From Chloroflexota bacterium (GTDB lineage Bacteria; Chloroflexota; UBA11872): a DNA stretch of 64,000 bases. Each line of letters starts with the position of its first letter. Position 1 is the stretch's first letter. Shown here piece after piece: positions 38,258-46,113 of this stretch. The stretch spans positions 1,986,904 through 2,050,903 of the forward strand of contig CBDAOU010000002.1 of the NCBI GenBank assembly GCA_965198185.1. The letters run 5' to 3'. The position numbers were made by a program, and so were the translations under genes. Below the pieces are notes generated by a model. It saw only the letters and a list, made by a program, of their open reading frames with translations, did no database searches and was not told where the DNA came from.

Positions 38258-39329
38258 GGTCGGGCTCCAACTGGGACAGGCTCACGTGCAGCGGGGCTTC
38301 GCGCGCACCGGCGACCCGCCCGACGGTGGCCGTCGCCAACGCCCCCGCGGCGGCGAGCGCCTCGCGCAACGCGTGCTCATCCTCGGGCGGAATGGCGATG
38401 AGCAGCCCACCGCTGGTTTGGGCGTCGGCGAGCAGCAGCCGTTCCGCCGCGGGCAACTGAGCCACCCACTCCACCTGGCCTTCCAGCGCGGCCAGGTTGC
38501 GCTCGGTGCCGCCCGGCACCTCGTCCGCGGCGATGAGCTCGCGCACGTGCGGCAGCACGGGCACCCGGTCGGCAAACACCGTGGCCGAGCAGCCGCTGGC
38601 CTGCATCATTTCGCGCAGATGCCCCAAGAGCCCGTAGCCGGTGACATCCGTCATGGCATGGGCGCCTAACCTGCTCGCCGCTTCGGCCGCCGCTCGATTC
38701 AGCGTCCGCATGCTGGCCACGGCCGCGGCCAACGCCTCGGGCGGCGCCGCGTCGTGCTTGAGCGCGGTGCTGATGACGCCCGTCCCGATCGGTTTGGTGA
38801 GCACCAGCAGGTCGCCGGGACGCGCCCCGGCGTTGGTGATGAGCGCGTCCGGATGCGCCGTGCCAATGACCGCCATGCCGAACTTGGGCACCGGATCGTC
38901 CACGGAATGCCCGCCGGCGACCACGGCGCCCGCCTCCAGCACGGTGTCGGCGCCGCCGCGCTGGATCTCGGCCAGCACGTCGAGCGACAGCGTGTCGCGC
39001 GGAAATCCGGCGAGGTTGAGCGCCAACAACGGCGTGGCGGCCATGGCGTAAATGTCGCTGAGCGCGTTTGCCGCCGCGATGGCGCCAAAGTCGTAGGGGT
39101 CGTCGACGATGGGCGTGAAGACGTCGATCGTCGCCACGATCGCCAGGTCGTCGCGCAGTCGGTAGACGGCGGCGTCATCGAACGCGGCGGCGTCCACCAA
39201 CAGGTCGACGTGGGCCATTCGCGGCATGCGGCGCATCACGTGCGCCAGCTCGGTCGAGCTGAGCTTGCAGGCTCAGCCGGCGCCGGGCGAATACCGCGTG
39301 AGCTTTGGTTGCGTCACATCCGAGGTCAT
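38244..39329 (-). CDS. selD: Selenide, water dikinase (selenophosphate synthetase) with UGA-encoded selenocysteine at codon 19 (plus-strand 39273-39275).
   Basis: The track ORF begins at MMRRMPRM. Extending upstream in-frame gives MTSDVTQPKLTRYSPGAG-U-ACKLSSTELAHV, which aligns with E. coli SelD LTQYSHGAGC17GCKISPKVLETIL. Downstream, TIDVFTPIVDDPYDFGAIAAANALSDIYAM matches the SelD core. Confidence 0.85.
39243..39266 (-). promoter_or_regulatory. Candidate SECIS-like hairpin 3' of the selD UGA.
   Basis: The mRNA reads UGA-GCC-UGC-AAG-CUCAGCUC-GACC-GAGCUGGC. A 7-8-bp stem with a 4-nt loop begins about 13 nt after the UGA. Confidence 0.4.
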
Positions 39330-39391
39330 TCTGGCAATCTACAGTACGCGAGAGGCGCCGCCGGCCCGGGCGCCGGGAGAGGCTCCGAAGG

Positions 39392-40753
39392 ATGCAGGCC
39401 GTGCCGCAGAAATCGACCGTGCAGGCGGGTCGCCGCTGGCTGCGGCGGGCGCGAGCGGCCGCGCTGGGTTTTGGGCTCGTCGTCGCCATGGCGGGATCGG
39501 GCGCCGCCGCCGCCCAAGAGCCGGACGTCGACGCGTCCACGCACGAGTCTCCCGTGGCGATCGCGGTGCCGTCAGGCTGGTTCTATCCGGGACTGGGCGA
39601 GGACAGCACCGGCTTCGGCGTGCGCAACTTTGCCGACGGCCCGCGTTTCTTGGACGCGTTCACGCGCTATGGCGGCGTCGACGTGATGGGGTACCCATCG
39701 TCGCGGCCCTGGATCGGTCCCGGCGGGTTCTACTATCAGCTCACCCAGCGCGCCCTGATGCAATGGTCGCCGACCACCAACGAGGTCCAGCTGGCGAATC
39801 TCTACGAGATCCTGCGTGAGGCCGGTCACGACGACGCCCTCTATGCGCGCTCGATTCCGCGGAGCCAACTCGACGAATCCGAGACGTTTGGCGAAGCGCA
39901 AGCCGCGCGCATGGGCTGGATGACCGATCCGGTGATCACGCAGGCCTTCCTCGCCAATCCCATCGAGGCCGACAGCGTGGATGCCGCCATTGAGCTCCAC
40001 GGCCTGCCAATGTCGCAGCCGGAAGCGTTCGGTCCGTTTGTGGTGCAGCGCTTCCAGCGGACGGCGCTGCAGCACTGGGTGGAAGAGGTCGATGGTGGGC
40101 CGCCGGCGGGCACCGTCGTGCTGGTCAACAGCGGCGACCACTACAAGGACCTGGTCCTCGGGGATTCGGCGGTGACCACGCCTCACACGCACGACGACAC
40201 GCGCATGCTGGATCTGCGGGGCGAGACCGAGGTCTTGGTGGACGCCGTTCTCGCCACCACGACGCAGCGGACCTACAACGTCGTCGACGACGCGCTCGCC
40301 GAGGCGCTGCGCCTGTTGGAAGGGGTGCCGTCGGCTACGCCAGGCCTCGAGGCCGCCGCCGAAGTCTCCGCCCCGATTCGTTTTCGGTCGCTCGCGACCA
40401 ACATCTTCGCCACGTTCACGCCCCCGTCACGCATTGCCGTCAATCGCGACCTTCAAGCGGAGCGCCCCGAAGCCGTGGCGGCCGTCCTCGCGCACGAGCT
40501 GCAGCACCTCGCGGAATTCCATGACCAGCAGTACGAGCCGTCGCAAGCCGCCTGTCTGGAGGCGGAGATCCGCGCCGTGACCGCGGAAGCGAGCGCGTGG
40601 AGCACGCTGATGGGGCCCACCGGCGCCGAGAATCCGCAATCGTCCCTGGAACGGATGGAGAATTCCCGGCTACAGGCAGTGCAGGCGGGCAGCGAGACCA
40701 TCCGCGCGCTGGTTGAGGATGGATGGGCCGAGCAGTGTTCCCAGCACCATTGA
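39392..40753 (+). CDS. Secreted two-domain protein. The N-terminal domain is of unknown function and is paralogous to the N-domain of the 50163-51764 protein. The C-terminal region carries an HExxH (AHELQHLAEFHD) putative metallopeptidase motif.
   Basis: Signal peptide and SD GGAGAGG before the ATG. The two N-domains share GPFVxQRFQRxxLQHWxxEVxGxPxxGxV and other blocks. Confidence 0.6.
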   Translation: MQAVPQKSTVQAGRRWLRRARAAALGFGLVVAMAGSGAAAAQEPDVDASTHESPVAIAVPSGWFYPGLGEDSTGFGVRNFADGPRFLDAFTRYGGVDVMGYPSSRPWIGPGGFYYQLTQRALMQWSPTTNEVQLANLYEILREAGHDDALYARSIPRSQLDESETFGEAQAARMGWMTDPVITQAFLANPIEADSVDAAIELHGLPMSQPEAFGPFVVQRFQRTALQHWVEEVDGGPPAGTVVLVNSGDHYKDLVLGDSAVTTPHTHDDTRMLDLRGETEVLVDAVLATTTQRTYNVVDDALAEALRLLEGVPSATPGLEAAAEVSAPIRFRSLATNIFATFTPPSRIAVNRDLQAERPEAVAAVLAHELQHLAEFHDQQYEPSQAACLEAEIRAVTAEASAWSTLMGPTGAENPQSSLERMENSRLQAVQAGSETIRALVEDGWAEQCSQHH

Positions 40754-40947
40754 CGCTGCGGGCATCCGCCGCCTAGCATCGTCAACGGATAGCTGGAGCG
40801 CCGAGGAGCTTTGCATGCGGCGGGCATATAGGCGGCCGGCGGTCGTCGCCTAGCGATACGCCGCCGGCTTTGCGTGACCACCGCGGTGGCACGCCACCTG
40901 GCGTATTCCGGCGCCCGCACGAGGCGCCTTCCACTACGAGCTTCCCA

Positions 40948-42186
40948 ATGCCTGCCAATGCCTTCGACGTTCTTGACGCGCGCGGCCTAGTCTCGGCCGC
41001 CAGCGACGCCGCCGCGCTGCGCCGCGCGCTCGACCGGCCCCTCACGTTCTACGTGGGGTTTGACCCCACCGCGTCAAGCCTGACCGCCGGCCACCTGGTG
41101 ACGCTGATGATGGCGCACCACCTGCAACAGGCGGGACACCGGCCGATCCTGATTGCCGGCGGCGGCACGGGGCTGATCGGCGACCCGTCGGACCTTCTGG
41201 ACACCCGGGCGCTGCTCACGGAAGAGGACGTGGCGGCGAACGTTGCCGCGATTCGCACGCAATTGGAGCGGTTCGTCGATCTCAATGACGGCGACGCCCT
41301 GGTGCTCAACAACGCCGACTGGCTGTCGCAGCTGGGGTACCTGGGGTTCCTGCGGGACATCGGCCGCCACTTCAGCGTGAACGAGATGCTCGCCACCGAC
41401 ACCTATCGCAAGCGCCTGGACGCCGGCGAGAACCTGAATTTCATCGAGCTGAACTACCGCCTGCTGCAGGCCTACGATTTCCTGCATCTCTACCGGGAAT
41501 TCGACTGCACGCTGCAGATCGCCGGCAGCGATCAATGGTCCAACATCCTGGCGGGCGTCGACCTGATTCGCCGCGAGGAACGAGCGCAGGCATTTGGGCT
41601 GGTCGCCCCGCTGCTGACGACGGCGGAAGGCGCGAAGATGGGCAAGACCGCGGCGGGCGCGGTGTGGCTGGACGCCGACCGCACGCCGCCGTTCGAGTTC
41701 TACCAGTCTTGGATCAATCTGGCCGACGCCCTCGTGCCGCAGGCGCTGGGCATGCTCACCACGTTGCCAACGTCGCAGGTTGCCGCGTTGAGCGAGCTGC
41801 GCGGACCGGACATCCGGCGCGCCAAGCAGGCGCTGGCGCACGACGTGACGGCCACCGTGCATGGCCGCGAGGCGGCCGATGCCGCGCGCGAAACGGCCCA
41901 GTCGCTCTTCGCAGCCGCGGCGGGTGACGCCGAGGCCGTGCCGACAACTACGGTTGCCGTAGCTGAGTTGGAAGCCGGTATCCCAATCATCGAGCTGCTG
42001 GTGCGTACCGGCCTTGCGTCGTCGCGCGGCGCCGCGCGCCGGCTCATTGCGCAGGGCGGCGCTTACGTGGGCGAAACGCGCGCCGAGGACCCCGAGGCCA
42101 TCGTGCACCGCGCCCAGGTGCCGGACGAGGGACTGTTGCTGCGGGCCGGTCGCAAGCGGTATCACCGTGTCACCGCGTCGTCGTGA
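40948..42186 (+). CDS. tyrS: Tyrosine--tRNA ligase.
   Basis: HIGH-type FYVGFDPTASSLTAGHL, the KMSKS-like KMGKT, and a C-terminal S4 domain. Confidence 0.9.
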   Translation: MPANAFDVLDARGLVSAASDAAALRRALDRPLTFYVGFDPTASSLTAGHLVTLMMAHHLQQAGHRPILIAGGGTGLIGDPSDLLDTRALLTEEDVAANVAAIRTQLERFVDLNDGDALVLNNADWLSQLGYLGFLRDIGRHFSVNEMLATDTYRKRLDAGENLNFIELNYRLLQAYDFLHLYREFDCTLQIAGSDQWSNILAGVDLIRREERAQAFGLVAPLLTTAEGAKMGKTAAGAVWLDADRTPPFEFYQSWINLADALVPQALGMLTTLPTSQVAALSELRGPDIRRAKQALAHDVTATVHGREAADAARETAQSLFAAAAGDAEAVPTTTVAVAELEAGIPIIELLVRTGLASSRGAARRLIAQGGAYVGETRAEDPEAIVHRAQVPDEGLLLRAGRKRYHRVTASS

Positions 42187-42251
42187 ATGGCCGGTGATCG
42201 TCGCTGGCCGCTACCCTCGGAGCTGAAGGCGACGCCCGCTGAGGAGGCTGT

Positions 42252-42869
42252 ATGGCATCCCGACGCCAGCCAGACCAGGTAGTGCCCCCGCGCCGCGTGA
42301 AGCTGCGCAAGTCCGCCACCGCGGAGGACATGGCCGACGCGGGGCTGCGTCGCGCGGCGGGGGAGACGCTGCGCTGCGAGTGGGCCCAGCGCAACCCCGA
42401 CCTGACGATCTATCACGATGACGTGTGGGGCGAGCCGCCGGCTGACGACCGCGAGTACTTCGAACGCATGATGCTGGAGATCTTCCACGCCGGACTGAGC
42501 TGGACGCTCATCTGGAACAAGCGCGAGAGCCTGCACCGGGCATACGACCGGTTCGACGTCGGCGCCGTCGCTTCCTATGGACCCGCCGAGGTGACGCGCC
42601 TGATGAATGACCCGAGCGTGGTGCGCAGCGCCAAGAAAATTGACGCGGCCATTGCCAACGCGCGCACGGTGCTCGAGCTCCAGGCCGAGCACGGCGATCT
42701 GGCGACGTTCCTGCGGCAGCTTCCCGACGATGCCGAGGACAAGATCAAGGTCCTCAGGACGACGTTCGCCTTCATGGGGCCGGGCGTGGCGCGCGGTTTC
42801 CTGGAAGCCACCGGTCTCATCCCAACGCCGCACCACCCGTTCTGCTACAAGACCACGGGCGTCGGCTGA
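42252..42869 (+). CDS. tag: DNA-3-methyladenine glycosylase I.
   Basis: RCEWA...YHDDVWGEP...EIFHAGLSW...KRE matches Tag family motifs. Confidence 0.8.
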   Translation: MASRRQPDQVVPPRRVKLRKSATAEDMADAGLRRAAGETLRCEWAQRNPDLTIYHDDVWGEPPADDREYFERMMLEIFHAGLSWTLIWNKRESLHRAYDRFDVGAVASYGPAEVTRLMNDPSVVRSAKKIDAAIANARTVLELQAEHGDLATFLRQLPDDAEDKIKVLRTTFAFMGPGVARGFLEATGLIPTPHHPFCYKTTGVG

Positions 42870-42885
42870 GCCGGAGACGTCAGCC

Positions 42886-43788
42886 ATGAGATTGCTCGTT
42901 GGCACCCGTGACGGTCTGCGAGACAGCGAGGGCGCGCTGCTGGCTCTTGGCGGACGGTCGATCCGCGCGCTGGCCGGGAATCCAGACAACGCATGGATGG
43001 TTGTCGACGGGCGCGAGGTCTGGCGGCTGCGAGACGGGCGGTCAACCCAAGCCACCACTGCCGCATCGCCGGGCGATCCCGCGCTCACGTGCGCCGTGCC
43101 CACGCCCACGGGCGTTCTTCTTGGAACCGAGGGGGCGCATCTCCGACAGTTGGACGACGCAGGGCTGGTGCCGGTTGCGGGCTTCGATCAGGCCGAGGGC
43201 CGCGAGCACTGGTTCACGCCCTGGGGCGGCCCGCCGGCGACCCGGTCCATCGTGATGGACGAGGAAAGCACGCTCTACGTCAACGTGCACGTTGGCGGCG
43301 TGCTGCGGTCGGACGACGACGCCGAGACCTGGCAGGCGACGGCGCTGGACATCCGCGCCGACGCGCACCAGGTCATCGCGCCCCCCGGTCACGACGGCCT
43401 GCTGCTGGCCGCCACGGCGCGTGGGCTGGCCATTTCGCGTGACCGTGGGGATTCATGGAACATGGACGCCCGCGGACTGCACGCCACCTATGCCCGGGCC
43501 GTCGCCCTCAGTGATTCGACGATTCTGCTGTCGGTCGCGCGCGGACCCGGCGGACAGGATGCGGCCTTGTATCGACGCGCACTGGACGGCGACGAGCCGT
43601 TCGTCCGCTGCACGGACGGGCTGCCCGATCACTTCGACGGCAACATCGACTCTCACGGGCTGGTGGCCGACGGGCCCAACGCGGCCATGGCAGGACCCGA
43701 CGGCGCGCTCTATTGCTCGGAGGACGGCGGGCGTACCTGGCATTGCACGCTCACGGGACTGTCCGCGGTTTATGCGCTGGTGATGTAG
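42886..43788 (+). CDS. BNR/Asp-box beta-propeller protein (Ycf48-like).
   Basis: Asp-box-like SRDRGDSW and SEDGGRTW, with propeller-like periodicity. Confidence 0.55.
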   Translation: MRLLVGTRDGLRDSEGALLALGGRSIRALAGNPDNAWMVVDGREVWRLRDGRSTQATTAASPGDPALTCAVPTPTGVLLGTEGAHLRQLDDAGLVPVAGFDQAEGREHWFTPWGGPPATRSIVMDEESTLYVNVHVGGVLRSDDDAETWQATALDIRADAHQVIAPPGHDGLLLAATARGLAISRDRGDSWNMDARGLHATYARAVALSDSTILLSVARGPGGQDAALYRRALDGDEPFVRCTDGLPDHFDGNIDSHGLVADGPNAAMAGPDGALYCSEDGGRTWHCTLTGLSAVYALVM

Positions 43789-43995
43789 CGAGATTTCACC
43801 TAACCGCAGAAGCGCCTTCTCACGGTCGACGCGGTCGCAACGCCACTAACATTCTCAGCACCATTCCACTCGCTCCCTAGGTGGCCACTCCCCAATCCAA
43901 TCCCTGAGCCTCGACCTGGAGATCGAGACGCGCTCGTTGTGTCCCGCTAATGCGCACCGTTTAGAATATGTGACGATTAGTGGAAAGCCAGCCTC

Positions 43996-44970
43996 ATGGA
44001 CCCAACAACCTGCGCTGCGGTTACCACCGCCCTCGACATCGCGATAGCACGGGTGGCAAAGCAGGAACTCACAAGACTCAGCACCGGATTGAGCGACCGG
44101 TGCCGCGCCAGACGCGTTTACACTTCCCTTCGTGAATTAGCTGGCCTACAGGGCAACACCAAGCCTACTTATGATGAGTGGGTTGCCGTGTTCTATTCTC
44201 TCTGGTATCAGCCAGCTCACATTAATCTCGCGTATACCTGCGCCCAACGCATACCGGCAGACATCAATCCTATCGTGAGAGGCGAAGGTGCCTTGCAGGT
44301 CTTCGATTTCGGCTGCGGCGCTCTAGCGACGAAATTCGGTCTCGCGTTGGCGGCGGCTGACGCATTGCGTGAAGGTTCACAACTCCAAACAATCACTGTT
44401 CAGTCGTGCGATGAAAGCGAGGCTATGAAAGACATTGGCAAGAAGATTTGGTGTGACTTTGTGAACGAGATAGAGCCTGTTGCCAACACGGATCCTAAGG
44501 TTGCTGCAGTATGGTTTGCGTGCGAATCGATTGTATTCGATGGGCAAGTCGATTCTCAGGAGTCGACTCGTTGGCTTACTGCCCTTCATGTAGCCTACGC
44601 AACAAATGCACATGAGGTGAAGGCATGCCTTAATCGTAGAGTCAAATTCTGGGCGCCTGATGTAGTCTTAGTTACCTCTCACCCATCGTTTACTCACCAT
44701 AGGTTTTGCCCGCAATGTGGTTACTGTTGTTGTTGGGACGAGACTTTCAAATGTTCACCAGGACCGTATACCCCTGATGTGGAGCGTCTTAGGCTGGAAG
44801 GTATGCTTTCTAATACCAGTAAATTGAGATTGCAAATAGGCGAGTGTATTAGCAATAGCTTACAAGATTGCGAGAGATCCTTCGTATCTCGTTACCTGCA
44901 AACGCGGGCGGTGCATTGGACCGGGGGGACAGACCTTGGGGCAGTTGTGTATGTCAAACAGCCGAACTGA
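43996..44970 (+). CDS. Hypothetical protein in a low-GC islet. It has a Rossmann methyltransferase-like motif I (VFDFGCGALA), a degenerate amino-MTase-like motif IV (DVVLVTSHPSF) and a C-terminal Cys cluster (FCPQCGYCCCWDETFKCSPGP).
   Basis: GC content is about 45-50% against flanks near 70%. Motif-based inference only. Confidence 0.5.
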   Translation: MDPTTCAAVTTALDIAIARVAKQELTRLSTGLSDRCRARRVYTSLRELAGLQGNTKPTYDEWVAVFYSLWYQPAHINLAYTCAQRIPADINPIVRGEGALQVFDFGCGALATKFGLALAAADALREGSQLQTITVQSCDESEAMKDIGKKIWCDFVNEIEPVANTDPKVAAVWFACESIVFDGQVDSQESTRWLTALHVAYATNAHEVKACLNRRVKFWAPDVVLVTSHPSFTHHRFCPQCGYCCCWDETFKCSPGPYTPDVERLRLEGMLSNTSKLRLQIGECISNSLQDCERSFVSRYLQTRAVHWTGGTDLGAVVYVKQPN

Positions 44971-45859
44971 TCTTCCGAGAACCGGCCGTCCCAAGGTTGT
45001 CCGTGAAACGGCCCGCGAGATTCTGACGCGCGCCACCGGCTTCATGGACGCCTACGATTTCACCCTGAATCCGTATAGCGGCTGCGCGTTTGGGTGCACC
45101 TACTGCTACGCGGCGTTCTTCAGCACGACCAAGGAGCAGCGTGAGAATTGGGGCCGCTGGGTCACGGTCAAGCAGAACGCCGTCGACTTGCTGGAGCGGC
45201 GCAAGCCCGGGTATCTCGACGGCAAGCGCATCTACATGAGCAGCGTCACCGACCCGTATCAGCCAATCGAGCGCAAGCTGAAGCTGACCCGCGGCCTGCT
45301 TGCCATCATGGCGGAGCGGCACAAGCCCAAGCTGGTGATTCAAACCCGCAGCCCCGATGTCGTGCGCGACTGCGATCTGTTCACGCAGATCGAGACAGAC
45401 GACCGCGACCTTTTTAGGAAGGTCACAAAGCATGGCGGTCGGGTGCAGGTGAACATGACCGTCACCACCGACGACGAGGACGTGCGGCGCACGTTCGAGC
45501 CCTCATGCCCGTCCAATGCCCACCGGCTGCGTGCTATCGCCCAAGTGCAGGCCGCCGAGATTGACGCCTGCATCACGCTGACGCCGCTGATCTGGGTCAA
45601 TGATCCCAAGGCCTTTGCCCAAAGTCTGCTGGACACTGAGGTCAAGAAATTCATCATCCAGCCGTTCCACTTTCAGCGCGGCAAATTTGTCGCCGGCACA
45701 CGTGACGACGCGATTCGGCTGATGGCTGAGAAGCTGAACTGCAACCTGGGCTCATTCCGTGAGCGGTACGAAGAGCACTATGCGACGGTCCACCGGGTTC
45801 TCAAGGATGCGCTGCCGGAGTTGGGCGAGGGCAAAGACGGGTTCAAGCCTCCGTTCTGA
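44936..45859 (+). CDS. Radical SAM enzyme, SplB-like (COG1533 'DNA repair photolyase'/spore-photoproduct-lyase family). Alternative start at 44951.
   Basis: NPYSGCAFGCTYCYA matches the CX3CX2C cluster preceded by NPY, as in the SplB family. It overlaps the upstream gene by 20-35 nt, which suggests coupling. Confidence 0.65.
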   Translation: MGQLCMSNSRTDLPRTGRPKVVRETAREILTRATGFMDAYDFTLNPYSGCAFGCTYCYAAFFSTTKEQRENWGRWVTVKQNAVDLLERRKPGYLDGKRIYMSSVTDPYQPIERKLKLTRGLLAIMAERHKPKLVIQTRSPDVVRDCDLFTQIETDDRDLFRKVTKHGGRVQVNMTVTTDDEDVRRTFEPSCPSNAHRLRAIAQVQAAEIDACITLTPLIWVNDPKAFAQSLLDTEVKKFIIQPFHFQRGKFVAGTRDDAIRLMAEKLNCNLGSFRERYEEHYATVHRVLKDALPELGEGKDGFKPPF

Positions 45860-45948
45860 CCGTCGTTCCGCCCCTTGCGCTGCCGGCGCTAGGAAATCTC
45901 TGAACAAGGAGGGGGCTCTGGCGTGCATGCGCCCCAATCCGTTCTACA

Positions 45949-45995
45949 GCCCCTTCGACAAGCTCAGGGCGAACGGATCGGGGCGCGGCTTACGA
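45949..45995. repeat. Dispersed REP-like element CCCTTCGACAAGCTCAGGGCGAACGGATCGGGGCGCGG.
   Basis: Core is nearly identical to 21163-21193 and related to the 27162 tandem unit. Confidence 0.6.
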
Positions 45996-46070
45996 GTTTA
46001 TTCAGAGCTTTCCTAGATATACATCCGATGAGCGAGCGCCGCACGCGGGCACCCCGGACGCTTGGGGCAC

Positions 46071-46091
46071 GGGCGGGTCTTAGACCCGCCC
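46071..46091. terminator. Hairpin GGGCGGGTC-TTA-GACCCGCCC between convergent genes.
   Basis: Perfect 9-bp inverted repeat. Confidence 0.45.
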
Positions 46092-46113
46092 CTACGGGCT
46101 ATGCGGAGGTCTC

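Noticed and set aside
39305-39391. N-terminal 29 codons of the 39305-40753 ORF (MVASHPRSFWQ...).
   Set aside because: This part overlaps the selD 5' end on the other strand. The real start is ATG 39392, preceded by GGAGAGG and followed by a signal peptide.
41074-42165. 363-aa minus ORF opposite tyrS.
   Set aside because: Antisense to a canonical class-I aaRS.
43790-46000. Shared 9-mer CCCCAATCC at 43906 and 45931 as possible islet direct repeats.
   Set aside because: It is too short to distinguish from chance in 2 kb. It is reported only as a place to look if boundaries are mapped by comparative genomics.
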